Source: an uncultured Acidobacteriota bacterium (GTDB lineage Bacteria; Acidobacteriota; Thermoanaerobaculia; Thermoanaerobaculales; Sulfomarinibacteraceae). Taken from it: DNA of 64,000 nucleotides. Made by a program: the position numbers and the translations under genes. The stretch lies in NCBI GenBank assembly GCA_963814875.1, contig CAWFFJ010000041.1, positions 19,062 to 83,061 of the forward strand, read 5' to 3'. The stretch's first letter is position 1, and every line of letters begins with the position of its first letter. Below the pieces are notes generated by a model. The model searched no databases. It was not told the origin of the DNA and was given only the letters and a program-made list of their open reading frames with translations. Below, piece after piece: positions 52,769 through 62,615 of this stretch.

Positions 52769-55621
52769 ATGAACCCTCTGCAGCGGCTCCACGACCAGGG
52801 TCAGTCGGTGTGGTTGGACGAGATCCGGCGCTCGATGCTCAACGACGGTGAGGTCGCCCGGATGGTGCGCGACGACGGCCTGTGCGGCGTGACCTCCAAC
52901 CCCTCGATCTTCGAGAAAGCGATCGCCGGCTCCGCCGATTACCGGCCGGCGATGGAGGCGCTGCTGCGCGCCGAGGCACCGTCGACGGTGGAGGTCTACG
53001 AGCACGTGGCGATCGACGACATCCGCCGCGCCGCTGCAGTCTTGCGGACCGTCTACGACGCAACCGCCGGCGGCGACGGCTTCGTCAGCCTGGAGGTCTC
53101 CCCCCACCTCGCCCACGATACCGAGGGCACTGTCGCCGAGGCCTTGCGTCTGTGGTCCCGTCTCGACTCCCCCAACGTCATGATCAAGGTCCCGGGCACG
53201 CCGGAGGGCATCCCGGCGATCCGTCGCCTCATCGCCGCTGGAGTCAACGTCAACGTCACCCTGCTGTTCTCGCGCCACGCCTACGCGGAGGTCGTCGAGG
53301 CCTACCTCGCCGGGCTCGAGGCGCGCGCCGCGAAAGATGGCGCGCTCGACCGGGTGGCGAGCGTCGCCAGCTTCTTCGTCAGCCGCATCGACACCGCCGT
53401 CGACCACCGCCTCGACGAGCTGGCAGGACAGGCGGCCGGTGTCCAGCGCGACCAGGTCGTTGCGCTCCACGGGCGCGCAGCTGTCGCCAATGCCAAGCTC
53501 GCCTATCGCACCGGCTGCGAGCTCTTTTCGGGCCCTCGCTGGCAGGCCCTGGCCGATCGCGGCGCCCGGGTCCAGCGGCTCCTGTGGGCCTCCACCAGCA
53601 CCAAAAACCCGGCCTACCGGGACGTCAAGTACGTCGAGGAGCTGGTCGGTCCCGACACCGTCAACACCATCCCGCCGGCGACGCTGGCGGCGTTCCGCGA
53701 CCACGGGATCGTGCGCCCGGTGCTCGACGAGGGTCTCGACGAGGCCGAGCAGGCCCTGGCCGAGCTCGAGGCCGCCGGGATCTCCCTTGACACGGTGACT
53801 GACGAGCTGCTGGCCGACGGCGTTCGCCTCTTCGCAGAGGCCTACGACCGTTTGATGGCAGTCGTCGGCGGGGCTCGCACCGAGATCCTCGCCGGCCGCG
53901 CACGGCGGATGCGAGCGAGCCTCCCAGCCGCACTCGAGCGCGCGTTGGAGCGGGCCCGGGTGAGCTGGACCGAGGCCGACGGAACCCGACGCCTGTGGGG
54001 GCGGGACGCCAGCCTCTGGACCGGCGCCGACGAGTCGCGCTGGCTCGCCTGGCTGGACGTTGTCGACCGCCAGCGCCGCCGACTCGGCCGGTTCGCAGAG
54101 CTCGCCGCCGACGCCAGCTCCTTCGAGCACGTGCTCGTGCTCGGCATGGGCGGCTCGAGCCTCGCCCCGGAGGTCTTTTCGCAGACATTCGGCCACGTTT
54201 CCGGCCACCCCCAACTCTCGATCCTCGACTCCACCGACCCCGACCAGGTGCGCTCGGTCGAGGCCGCCCTCGACCTCGGACGCACCCTGTTCGTGGTCGC
54301 CTCCAAGTCCGGCACCACCCTCGAGCCGCAGCTGTTCATGCGCCACTTCCTCGCCCGCGCAGCCGACACCGTCGGCGACGAGGAGGCGCCGAAGCGCTTC
54401 GTCGCGATCACCGACCCCGGTTCCGAGCTCGAGCGCGAGGCCGGCGAGCGGGGCTTCCGCACCGTGCTCCACGGCGAGCCCGCCATCGGCGGCCGCTTCT
54501 CCGCCCTGTCGGACTTCGGCATCGGCCCCGCCGCCATGATGGGGGTGGACGTGGCGCGCCTGCTCGACCGCTCCGCCGCGATGGCGGCGGCCTCGGGACC
54601 TGAGGTCGCGGCGGCCGCCAACCCCGGCGTCGCACTCGGCCTGCTGCTCGGTGCCGCGGCCCACGCCGGACGGGACAAGCTGACCCTCGTCGCCTCGCCC
54701 GGAATCGCCGACCTCGGGGCCTGGCTCGAGCAGCTCGTGGCCGAGTCCACCGGCAAGCGCGGACGGGCCATCATCCCGATCGCCGGCGAGCGCCTTGGTC
54801 CGCCCGAGGTCTACGGCGACGACCGGCTCTTCGTCGAGCTCGCCCTTGCCGGCGAGACCGACGTCGAGCGCACGGCCGCGCTCGACCGGCTCGCGGCGGC
54901 CGGGCACCCGGTGGTCCGCATCGCCCTCGCCGATCCCTACGACCTCGGCGGTGAGCTCTTGCGCTGGGAGATCGCCACCGCGGTCGCCGGCGCCGTGCTC
55001 GGCATCAACCCTTTCGACCAGCCCGACGTCGAGGCGAGCAAGGTGGCGACCCGGGAGCTCACCACCGCCTACGAGAGCACCGGTGAGCTGCCCGCGAGCG
55101 AGCCGCTTGCCACCGGGGGCGGCCTCACCCTCTCTGGCGGCGACGTCTGGGCGCAGCATCTGGTCCAGGCTGCCGGCGGGGCGCGCTCCGTGCCTGCCCT
55201 GCTGGGCGCTCACCTTGCTTCGCTCGCTCCGGGCGACTACCTCGCCGTGCTCGGCTGGCTGGAGATGAATGACGCCCACGTGGCGGCGCTCGATCAGCTC
55301 CGCCACCTGGTCCGCGACGCACGCAGGGTCGCAACCTGCGTCGGCTTCGGGCCGCGTTTCCTCCACTCCACCGGGCAGGCTTACAAGGGCGGCCCCAACA
55401 CCGGTGTATTTCTCGCGGTGACCGTGGGCAACTGCAACGACCTGCCCTTGCCCGGAATGCGCGCGACCTTCGGCGTCGTCCACTCCGCTCAGGCGCTGGG
55501 CGACCTTCAGGTGCTCGCCCAGCGCGGGCGACGCGCCCTGCGCGTCGACCTCGGCGATGACTCCGCCGCAGGGCTCGCCCGCCTCCTCGACGCTGTCAGG
55601 TCCGCCCTTGGAGCTTCGTGA
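52769..55621 (+). CDS. bifunctional transaldolase / glucose-6-phosphate isomerase
   Basis: 950 aa. N-terminal transaldolase (GQSVWLDEIRR...GVTSNPSIFEKA...MIKVPGT). C-terminal PGI (LGMGGSSLAPEV...VASKSGTTLEP). Confidence 0.92.
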   Translation: MNPLQRLHDQGQSVWLDEIRRSMLNDGEVARMVRDDGLCGVTSNPSIFEKAIAGSADYRPAMEALLRAEAPSTVEVYEHVAIDDIRRAAAVLRTVYDATAGGDGFVSLEVSPHLAHDTEGTVAEALRLWSRLDSPNVMIKVPGTPEGIPAIRRLIAAGVNVNVTLLFSRHAYAEVVEAYLAGLEARAAKDGALDRVASVASFFVSRIDTAVDHRLDELAGQAAGVQRDQVVALHGRAAVANAKLAYRTGCELFSGPRWQALADRGARVQRLLWASTSTKNPAYRDVKYVEELVGPDTVNTIPPATLAAFRDHGIVRPVLDEGLDEAEQALAELEAAGISLDTVTDELLADGVRLFAEAYDRLMAVVGGARTEILAGRARRMRASLPAALERALERARVSWTEADGTRRLWGRDASLWTGADESRWLAWLDVVDRQRRRLGRFAELAADASSFEHVLVLGMGGSSLAPEVFSQTFGHVSGHPQLSILDSTDPDQVRSVEAALDLGRTLFVVASKSGTTLEPQLFMRHFLARAADTVGDEEAPKRFVAITDPGSELEREAGERGFRTVLHGEPAIGGRFSALSDFGIGPAAMMGVDVARLLDRSAAMAAASGPEVAAAANPGVALGLLLGAAAHAGRDKLTLVASPGIADLGAWLEQLVAESTGKRGRAIIPIAGERLGPPEVYGDDRLFVELALAGETDVERTAALDRLAAAGHPVVRIALADPYDLGGELLRWEIATAVAGAVLGINPFDQPDVEASKVATRELTTAYESTGELPASEPLATGGGLTLSGGDVWAQHLVQAAGGARSVPALLGAHLASLAPGDYLAVLGWLEMNDAHVAALDQLRHLVRDARRVATCVGFGPRFLHSTGQAYKGGPNTGVFLAVTVGNCNDLPLPGMRATFGVVHSAQALGDLQVLAQRGRRALRVDLGDDSAAGLARLLDAVRSALGAS

Positions 55622-56607
55622 TGCAGGTCCTCGGCGGCGACATCGGCGGCACCAGCGCCCGCCTCGCGCTGTTCGAGGCCGACGGCGACTCACCCCCCCG
55701 TCTGGTTGACGAGCACACCTACCCGAGCGCGGACCACGACGGGCTCGAGGAGGTCGTCGCCGCCTTCTTGTCCGGCGTCGGTGGGCGCCCGAGGCGGGCG
55801 GCCTTCGGTCTCGCCGGACCGGTCCGTGGACGGCGAGTCACACTCACGAACCTCCCCTGGGTGGTCGACGCCGACGCCGTGGCCCAGCGCTTCGAGCTCG
55901 ACGAGGTCGTCCTGCTCAACGACCTCGAGGCGACCGCCTGGGGCGTCGCGTCCCTCGCGCCCGATCGCGTCCACATCCTCCAGCAGGGCGATCCCGACGC
56001 GATCGGAAACGCCGCGGTGATCGCGGCCGGAACCGGGCTTGGCGAGGCCGGGCTGTACTGGGACGGCGCCCGCCACCATCCCTTCGCCTGCGAGGGCGGC
56101 CACGCCGGCTTCGCCCCTGGCAGCCCTCTCGAGATCGAGCTGCTCGAGGCGCTCGGCCGCCGCCTCGACCGCGTGAGCTGGGAGCGCGTACTGTCCGGGC
56201 CGGGCCTGGCGGCGATCGCAGAGTTCCTGTTCGATCGCGACGAAGGCGGAGCTCCGCTCTGGCTGCGGGAGGCCGAGGACCCGGCCGCGGCGGTCGCCGA
56301 GTCGGCGCTTGCCGGACGCTCCGCCACCGCCTCGGCCGCGCTCGACCTCTTCGTTCGCCTCTACGGCGTCGAGGCGGGCGACCTCGCGCTCAAGGTGATG
56401 GCGCTGGGCGGCGTGTGGATCGGCGGCGGCATCGCGCCCAAGATCTGGCCCCGCCTGGTCGAGGGACCGTTCCTCGACGGCTTCCTGGCCAAGGGCCGGA
56501 TGCGGCCGCTGGTCGCGGCGATGCCGGTTCGGGTCATCCTCGACGACCGCACCGCCCTCCTCGGCGCCGGCCGCCGCGCTGCGCTCGACGACGAGCCCGC
56601 GCGCTGA
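55621..56607 (+). CDS. glk: glucokinase
   Basis: ORF 55618..56607. LGGDIGGTSARLALF, NLPWVV, NDLEA. ATG 55621 overlaps the upstream stop (TGATG). Confidence 0.88.
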   Translation: MQVLGGDIGGTSARLALFEADGDSPPRLVDEHTYPSADHDGLEEVVAAFLSGVGGRPRRAAFGLAGPVRGRRVTLTNLPWVVDADAVAQRFELDEVVLLNDLEATAWGVASLAPDRVHILQQGDPDAIGNAAVIAAGTGLGEAGLYWDGARHHPFACEGGHAGFAPGSPLEIELLEALGRRLDRVSWERVLSGPGLAAIAEFLFDRDEGGAPLWLREAEDPAAAVAESALAGRSATASAALDLFVRLYGVEAGDLALKVMALGGVWIGGGIAPKIWPRLVEGPFLDGFLAKGRMRPLVAAMPVRVILDDRTALLGAGRRAALDDEPAR

Positions 56608-56614
56608 CCCGATC

Positions 56615-58369
56615 TCAGCCGGCGGCGAGACGCAGCCGCCAACGGTCGTGCTCGCGGTCGAGGCCTGCCACCGCGAGCCGGATGCTGTCGCCGAGAGTCA
56701 CTCGCGCACCGCCGTCGGACGACGCCTCCACCTCGAAGGGGTCCACCCACCATCGGCGACCGTCCGCCGCCTCCAGGTCCCGCAGGTAGACCTTCACATC
56801 CAGCGGCGGCTCGTCGAGGCGGACGTGGAGGCGGTCCGCAGCCATCCCCATCACCGTGCCCACCAGCGCTTCGCCACCGGCCTTGAGACGCGAGAGCTCG
56901 GTATCGAGCGCGATCCGGTCGGCCGCCCGCTCGAGCGTCTTCTGCAGCTCACGGGCGCGGTTGCCGGACGTGACCACGGCGTCGCGCAGAGCGAGGTCGT
57001 CCTGGCTCGCGGGATCCGGGCCCGCGAGCAGCTCGAGCGCTTCCTTGTGGGTGAAGACGCCAACGATCTCTCGCATCGGCGCGGTGAAGCGCGCGTACCA
57101 GGGCGCACCGAGGCCGGCGTGTGGACCGGGCTCTGCGCTGAACACCGCCGGCCGGTTCACCAGCACCGCCTGGCGGTCGACCGCCCGCGCAAGACGGGCC
57201 AATCTTCCTCGACGCGGTAGCCGTGTCAGGTAGTCGGCCAGGGGCTCGACGTCGCGCCGCCAGGCCCACACCACCGGATCCAGCCTTCGCACCGAGGCGA
57301 GGGCGGCGAGGCGCTCGGCGAGCCGGTCGAGCTCAGCCGGCGCCGGTGCCGGATGGACCTTGAAGATCGGCTCGACCCGCGGCAGGCCGTGGGCCTCCTC
57401 CAGGATCCGGGCACCCTCGACGTTGACCAGCACTGAGATCTGCTCGTTGAAGGACTCCACCGGGAGACGGTCGCGCACCGTTGCCCGCAACCGGCTCGGG
57501 TCGGCGGCGTCAGGGGTGAGCACCAGCTCATCGCGGTGCGGTCGCACGACGTGGCGGCGGCGGGCGTCGTCGAGACGCAGGCGACCGACCTCCGCGAGCA
57601 GCTCGAGGCTGGCCCGCCACGGCCGGTCGAGCCAGCCGCTGCCCGCGGGGTCCTCGTAGAAGCGCTGCACCCTGCGGTAGGACAGCTTGGCGCGGCTGCA
57701 GACCCGGGCCCGCGCCATTCGGACCGCGACCACGGCGCCGGCGTGATCCAGCCGCACCTCGAACACGAGCGCCCGCCGCAGGCCCCGTGGCAGCAGCGAC
57801 AGGGCGCCCTCGGAGAGGCTCGGCGGCAGCATCGGCAAGCTGATCCCGGGCAGGTAGAAGCTCGCCCCCCGGGCGAGCCCCTCGGTGAACAGTGCGGTCC
57901 GGGGCCGCACCACCCGGGCGGCGTCGGCAAGGGCGTAGCGCAGCACGGTTTCCGACCCGTCCCGCTCGAGGTGCAGCGCCTGGTCGAGATCGTGAGAGTC
58001 GGCGGGGTCGATCGTCACGAAGGGGACCGGCTCGAGGTCGACGAGGTCAGGCGCCGCCAGGTCCGGCGCGCGGGTCGCCGCCGACGCCTCAGCGAGGGCG
58101 GCTTGAGAGTGCGGCGGTTCGACGCCGTGGGCGGCGGCCAGGCGGAGCATGCTCGCCCGGACCGTGCCGGCGCCGGCGACAACCCCTCCCACCGCCCGGT
58201 AACCGTCTTCCGCGGCCTCCACCAGCACCAAATCTCCGGGGCGCGCCCCGTCGGGGTCCTCGAGCCGCGCCTCCCGTCCGTCCGCCAGCCGCGCAGCGGC
58301 GGGCCGCGGGCCGCCCGAGGTCACCTCGGCAAGCCGTCGCCTTCCGCCGTCCGTTCCTGTGGCGCTCAT
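56615..58369 (-). CDS. RNB domain-containing ribonuclease (RNase II/R family)
   Basis: 584 aa. FVTIDPADSHDLDQALHLE (RNB motif I), plus later RNB motifs and an S1-like C-terminus. Confidence 0.82.
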   Translation of the reverse strand: MSATGTDGGRRRLAEVTSGGPRPAAARLADGREARLEDPDGARPGDLVLVEAAEDGYRAVGGVVAGAGTVRASMLRLAAAHGVEPPHSQAALAEASAATRAPDLAAPDLVDLEPVPFVTIDPADSHDLDQALHLERDGSETVLRYALADAARVVRPRTALFTEGLARGASFYLPGISLPMLPPSLSEGALSLLPRGLRRALVFEVRLDHAGAVVAVRMARARVCSRAKLSYRRVQRFYEDPAGSGWLDRPWRASLELLAEVGRLRLDDARRRHVVRPHRDELVLTPDAADPSRLRATVRDRLPVESFNEQISVLVNVEGARILEEAHGLPRVEPIFKVHPAPAPAELDRLAERLAALASVRRLDPVVWAWRRDVEPLADYLTRLPRRGRLARLARAVDRQAVLVNRPAVFSAEPGPHAGLGAPWYARFTAPMREIVGVFTHKEALELLAGPDPASQDDLALRDAVVTSGNRARELQKTLERAADRIALDTELSRLKAGGEALVGTVMGMAADRLHVRLDEPPLDVKVYLRDLEAADGRRWWVDPFEVEASSDGGARVTLGDSIRLAVAGLDREHDRWRLRLAAG

Positions 58370-58515
58370 GACTTCCCCCGGACGCCATCATACGGCGGGC
58401 GATGCTCATGATCTTGGGCTACGCGATCATCGCGGTGCCGACGAGGATCGTCCCCGGTCGAGCTCGGTCGCACGACTCGCGGTACACTTCTCGGTAGACG
58501 CCAGCGGAGGGCGCC

Positions 58516-59157
58516 GTGGACACCATCGACACCCTTTTCGCCAACAACCGCGCATGGGCGTCCGAGATGACCGCCTCCGACCCGACCTACTTCCGCAGGC
58601 TTGTCGCCCAGCAGAAGCCCCACTACCTGTGGATCGGGTGCTCGGACAGCCGCGTGCCGGCTAACCAGATCGCCGGTCTGGAGCCGGGCGAGGTTTTCGT
58701 CCACCGCAACATCGCCAACGTCGTCGTGCACACCGACCTCAACTGCTTGTCGGTGATCCAGTACGCGGTTGAGGTCCTCGAGGTCGAGCACATCATCGTG
58801 TGCGGCCACGACCACTGCGGTGGCATCCACGCGGCGATGGACCTCACCGACCGCGGACTGATCGACAACTGGCTGCGCCACCTGAGGGACCTCTACGCCA
58901 AGCACCGCGACATCCTCGACCCGATTTCGGACCCCGCGGAGCGCCTCGACCAGTTCTGTCAGCTCAACGTCGTCGAGCAGGTCCACAACGTGTGCCACTC
59001 GGGGATCGTGCAGGGTGCCTGGCGGCGAGGTCAGCGGCTGTTCGTGCACGGGGTGTTCTACCGGCTCGAGGACGGCCTCCTGCGCGACCTCGCGGTGTGC
59101 GTCGACTCGGCGGATAAGATCGACAACCTCTACCGGACCCTCGACGCCGTGCCCTGA
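58516..59157 (+). CDS. can: beta-class carbonic anhydrase
   Basis: 213 aa. YLWIGCSDSRVP...VFVHRNIANVV...IIVCGHDHCGG. GTG preceded by GGAGGG. Confidence 0.92.
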   Translation: MDTIDTLFANNRAWASEMTASDPTYFRRLVAQQKPHYLWIGCSDSRVPANQIAGLEPGEVFVHRNIANVVVHTDLNCLSVIQYAVEVLEVEHIIVCGHDHCGGIHAAMDLTDRGLIDNWLRHLRDLYAKHRDILDPISDPAERLDQFCQLNVVEQVHNVCHSGIVQGAWRRGQRLFVHGVFYRLEDGLLRDLAVCVDSADKIDNLYRTLDAVP

Positions 59158-59230
59158 GTTCGACCGCACCGGGCAGAGATCCGGCGGCGGCGCTGTTGTC
59201 CGGCTCGGCCCCACGGGAAGTCGCCCGGTC

Positions 59231-60121
59231 ATGGAATCCTCACCAACCCGCACCGGCGTGCTCGCCGCCACCGCCGCCTACCTGACCTGGGGCCTGGCTC
59301 CGGTCTACTGGAAGCTGCTCCGGACCGTGCCCGCCCTCGAGTTGCTCGCGCATCGCGTCCTGTGGTCGTTCGTGCTCGTGATCGCCTGGCTCGGGATCTC
59401 CCGCCGCCTGCCCGACCTGGCGGTCGCGTGGGCGCATCCCGCGACCCGCACCAAGCTCCTTGCCACCACGGCGCTGATCGGCGTCAACTGGGGACTGTTC
59501 ATCTGGGCGGTCAACAGCGGCCACATCCTCCAGGCGAGCCTCGGCTACTACATCAATCCCCTGGTGAGCGTTGTCCTCGGGCTGGTCGTACTCGGCGAAC
59601 GGCTATCGCGCGGCCAGGGGCTGGCGGTCGCGCTCGCGGCGCTCGGCGTCGCCGTGCTCGCGATCGCGGTCGGCTCGCTGCCATGGGTGTCGCTCGCGCT
59701 GGCCGGCTCATTCGGCCTCTACGGTCTGCTCCGCAAGACGGTGCGCGCCGACGCCGTGCTCGGGCTCGCCTTCGAGACCAGCCTGCTCGCTCCGTTCGCC
59801 CTGGCATGGCTGGTGATCGCCGAGATCGAGGGTTACGGCGCATTTGGCCGCGTGTCGGCGACAGTCGACGGCCTGCTGGCCTTCACCGGCGTTCTCACCG
59901 CGGTTCCGCTGCTGCTGTTCACCGCCGGCGCCCGCCGCCTCCCCCTCAACGTGGTCGGCCTGCTCCAGTACATCACTCCGACGTGCCACTTCGCGCTCGC
60001 GGTGGCGGTCTACCACGAGGCGTTCAGCCGCGCACACACGGTCACGTTCGCCCTCATCTGGTCGGCCCTGGCGCTCTATACTGCCGATGCCCGAATGCGC
60101 ATGCGCCGTCAGCGGCGGTGA
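59231..60121 (+). CDS. rarD: EamA/RarD-family transporter
   Basis: In the frame of ORF 59015..60121. ATG 59231 gives MESSPTRTGVLAATAAYLTWGLAPVYWKLL...SLGYYINPLVSVVLG. Ten TM helices. Confidence 0.85.
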   Translation: MESSPTRTGVLAATAAYLTWGLAPVYWKLLRTVPALELLAHRVLWSFVLVIAWLGISRRLPDLAVAWAHPATRTKLLATTALIGVNWGLFIWAVNSGHILQASLGYYINPLVSVVLGLVVLGERLSRGQGLAVALAALGVAVLAIAVGSLPWVSLALAGSFGLYGLLRKTVRADAVLGLAFETSLLAPFALAWLVIAEIEGYGAFGRVSATVDGLLAFTGVLTAVPLLLFTAGARRLPLNVVGLLQYITPTCHFALAVAVYHEAFSRAHTVTFALIWSALALYTADARMRMRRQRR

Positions 60122-60134
60122 CGGAGGAACGACG

Positions 60135-60476
60135 ATGGGGAGCGATGAGACCTACAGCTTCGCGTTCGACCGCCAGGCGGCGGGGCAGGTGTTCCAGCAG
60201 GTCGCGACCGGCGAGATCCTGCTCGGGCTGATGGCCGGCATCCCTCCCGAGCCGGAGTGGGACGGTTGCCAGGTGTGGGAGGGTCCCAGTCCCCTCGACC
60301 CCGAGAGCACCGCCTGTGTCGGCATTCGCGGCCCGGGCGCGGCGACAGTCCAGGAGCGGCTGGTCGAGGCCCTCGAGCGCCTCGGAGTGCCGGTGCTCGC
60401 CCTCTGGGAGGGCGGCCCTGGCGTGACACGCCGGCTCGTCCGCGCCACCGGCGGACGCTGGGTCAGTCCCGATTGA
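60135..60476 (+). CDS. hypothetical protein
   Basis: In the frame of ORF 59844..60476. ATG 60135 follows GGAGG. 113 aa with no recognisable domain. The 3' end overlaps the convergent dus gene by 14 nt. Confidence 0.45.
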   Translation: MGSDETYSFAFDRQAAGQVFQQVATGEILLGLMAGIPPEPEWDGCQVWEGPSPLDPESTACVGIRGPGAATVQERLVEALERLGVPVLALWEGGPGVTRRLVRATGGRWVSPD

Positions 60477-61458
60477 CTCGGTCGCTGTCCGCGGTTCGCT
60501 GCGCGAAGAACTCCTCGAGGGCGCCGCGCAGGGCCTCGGCGTCGTCGAGCTCGCCGAGACGCCGACGCAGCACGCGGCCCTCGGGCAGGCCGCGGGTGTA
60601 GAGGCGCAGGAAGACCTTGATCGCGTGGACGAGCGCCCGGCCTTCGTAGGCCGCGGCGAGCAGATCGAGGTGACGGCTCGCCAAACTGCGGCGGTCCGCC
60701 ACGGTCGGGTGCGGCGGCTCGCGTCCCTCGAGGCGCGCCGCAGCGGCGGCGAAGACCCACGGGTCGACCACCGCTGCGCGGCCGATCATCACCCCGTCGC
60801 AGCCCGTCTCCCGCACCATGCGCACGGCGTCGTCCCCGGTCTGGACGTCGCCGTTGCCGATCACCGGCACGGACAGGGTGGCCTTGAGCTCGCCGATCTG
60901 TCGCCAGTTGGCGCGGCCGCCGTACTGGACCGAGGCCGCCCGTGGGTGGAGCGTGACCCCGTTGACGCCTTCACCCTCGCACACCCGGGCGATCTCGAGG
61001 AAGCGCGGCTCCGAGGGCCGCAGCCCCGAGCGCAGCTTGACCGTCAGCGGCAGGCCGGTCGCGGCGCGCATCGCCCGCACCAGCCGCGTGACCAGCTCGG
61101 GTCGAGCGAGCAGAGCCGCGCCGGCCCCGCCGCGCATGACGGCGCGCGCGGGGCAGCCGAGGTTGAGGTCGCAAACGTCGGCGCCGGCGGCCTCGACCTG
61201 GCGCGCCGCCTCGGCCAGGGCCTCGGGACGGGTGCCGTAGACCTGGATCGCGATCGGATGCTCCTCGGGTGCGAAAACGAGCTTAGCGGCCTCCGCGGGG
61301 ACCTCCCGAACCAGCGCCTCGGAGGAGACGAACTCAGTGGTGACCAGCCCGCAGCCGGGGAGGGAGCGCAGCAGGCGGCGCAGCGGCGAGTCCGTCAGCC
61401 CCGCCATCGGGGCCAGAACCAGGGGAGGGTCGACAGTCAGACCGGCCAGGTTGAACAC
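60463..61458 (-). CDS. tRNA-dihydrouridine synthase
   Basis: 331 aa. LVLAPMAGLTDSPLRRL...DLNLGCP...VTVKLR...VTLHPR...IGNGDV. Confidence 0.9.
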   Translation of the reverse strand: MFNLAGLTVDPPLVLAPMAGLTDSPLRRLLRSLPGCGLVTTEFVSSEALVREVPAEAAKLVFAPEEHPIAIQVYGTRPEALAEAARQVEAAGADVCDLNLGCPARAVMRGGAGAALLARPELVTRLVRAMRAATGLPLTVKLRSGLRPSEPRFLEIARVCEGEGVNGVTLHPRAASVQYGGRANWRQIGELKATLSVPVIGNGDVQTGDDAVRMVRETGCDGVMIGRAAVVDPWVFAAAAARLEGREPPHPTVADRRSLASRHLDLLAAAYEGRALVHAIKVFLRLYTRGLPEGRVLRRRLGELDDAEALRGALEEFFAQRTADSDRVNRD

Positions 61459-61559
61459 GGCACGAGTCTACCCGCGAAGGGGCGCCGCCAGCCTCTCGCG
61501 GTGCGCTACACTTCCCGCATCCGGCTCCCGCGCAGGGCCCGCCGGTGACGGAGGCGAGC

Positions 61560-62012
61560 ATGCAGTTTGCGGGTATCGACGAGATCCTCGACTTCGCCAT
61601 TGCGCGCGAGGAGGAGGCGGCAGCACTGTACGCCTCCCTCGCCACGACCGTGGGCCGTCCCGGGATGCGCCAGGCCTTCCTCGAGTTTGCGGCCGAGGAG
61701 GGACGCCACAAGGCGCGGCTGATGCGCGTCAAGGCCGGCGAGATGCCGGCGGTGAGCCACGAGAAGGTGGTCAACCTCGGCATCGCCGAGCGGCTGGTCC
61801 CGGCCGAGCCGACGCCGAACATGACCTACGCCGAGGCGCTGCGCTTCGCGATGGAGGCGGAGAAGGCGGCCTTCCGGCTCTACACCGACCTCGCGGCCGC
61901 AACCGACGATCCCGGGCTGGTCGAGGTCTTCCGCTCTCTCGCGGCGGAGGAGGCCAAGCACAAGCTGCGTTTCGAGATCGAGTACGATGAGCATGTCTTG
62001 GAGGGAGTCTGA
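61560..62012 (+). CDS. rubrerythrin/ferritin-like family protein
   Basis: ORF 61545..62012. Two EEGRH / EEAKH di-iron-type helices (FAAEEGRHKARL, LAAEEAKHKLRFE). ATG 61560 lies 5 nt after GGAGG. Confidence 0.78.
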   Translation: MQFAGIDEILDFAIAREEEAAALYASLATTVGRPGMRQAFLEFAAEEGRHKARLMRVKAGEMPAVSHEKVVNLGIAERLVPAEPTPNMTYAEALRFAMEAEKAAFRLYTDLAAATDDPGLVEVFRSLAAEEAKHKLRFEIEYDEHVLEGV

Positions 62013-62034
62013 CTTCGGCCGCGTGCGGCCGAAG
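62013..62034 (+). terminator. stem-loop immediately after the rubrerythrin-like gene
   Basis: CTTCGGCCGC GT GCGGCCGAAG starts 1 nt after the stop. No clear U-tract. Confidence 0.4.
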
Positions 62035-62208
62035 CAGCTTCCTCCAATCCATGCTTGTGAGGTCGGGTGACTACTGGTTCACTCCGGGTCGCTCATCCGT
62101 GAGGTTCGACTCGCGGCGGCGTGCACCATCTCCTGAGGAACCAGGGGGGCCTTCGTCATGCTGGCCGCACCCTCGGCCACGGCGCCCGGCCGTGGGATCA
62201 GGGACGGC

Positions 62209-62307
62209 TCAGGTGGGGACCCCGAGGCGCGGCAGCACGACCAGCTGCAGCAGCAGCCAGCCGCCGAGGATCAGCACCACTGGAAGCAGCTCGCCGAGCA
62301 CGCTCAT
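62209..62307 (-). CDS. candidate 32-aa single-TM membrane peptide
   Basis: MSVLGELLPVVLILGGWLLLQLVVLPRLGVPT. Its ATG overlaps the stop of the P-II-like gene (ATGA). It is listed only as the tail of ORF 62209..62664. There is no homology support. Confidence 0.35.
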   Translation of the reverse strand: MSVLGELLPVVLILGGWLLLQLVVLPRLGVPT

Positions 62308-62588
62308 ATAATCTCCTCGACCCCCCAAACGATCATCTTCATCTTCTTCAAGCACGCTTGGCAGTAGGTCTTGATGTCCGTCATCAGGGTCTCGACCCGG
62401 TCCGCGGGCAAGACGGTAAAGATGATACTGGAGGTCTTGGGAAAGGCTCGACTGCCCATCCGAGTTCCGGTCTCTCCGACGCCGTGGACCTGCGGAACCT
62501 CTGTGTAGCCGACCACCTCGTGGCGGTTGAGGATGACCTCCAGCTCCTCCTTGTGCTTGCTGTCGACAATGATCATCAGGAGCTTCAT
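62304..62588 (-). CDS. P-II-like small protein (DUF3240-type, transporter-associated)
   Basis: 94 aa. MKLLMIIVDSKHKEELEVILNRHEVVGYTEVPQVHGVGETG follows the beta-alpha-beta pattern of P-II/CutA-like folds. It lies directly downstream of an RND pump. Lower GC than its surroundings. Confidence 0.65.
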   Translation of the reverse strand: MKLLMIIVDSKHKEELEVILNRHEVVGYTEVPQVHGVGETGTRMGSRAFPKTSSIIFTVLPADRVETLMTDIKTYCQACLKKMKMIVWGVEEII

Positions 62589-62615
62589 CCGGGACCTCCT
62601 TCGCTCGCGGCCCGG

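Noticed and set aside
62085-62130. tRNA-like 3' end: GGTTCGACTC followed by ...GCACCA.
   Set aside because: I could not pair a 5-bp T-stem around the TTCGA loop or build a 7-bp acceptor stem in register with the CCA. No D or anticodon arm is evident. It is most likely chance.
62068-62211. Read-through of the TGA ending the 32-aa peptide as selenocysteine (…LGVPT-U-AVPDP…).
   Set aside because: The downstream frame (AVPDPTAGRRGRGCGQHDEGPPGSSGDGARRRE...) looks non-coding. I see no convincing SECIS-like hairpin immediately 3' of the TGA, and there are no selenium-utilisation genes in the window.
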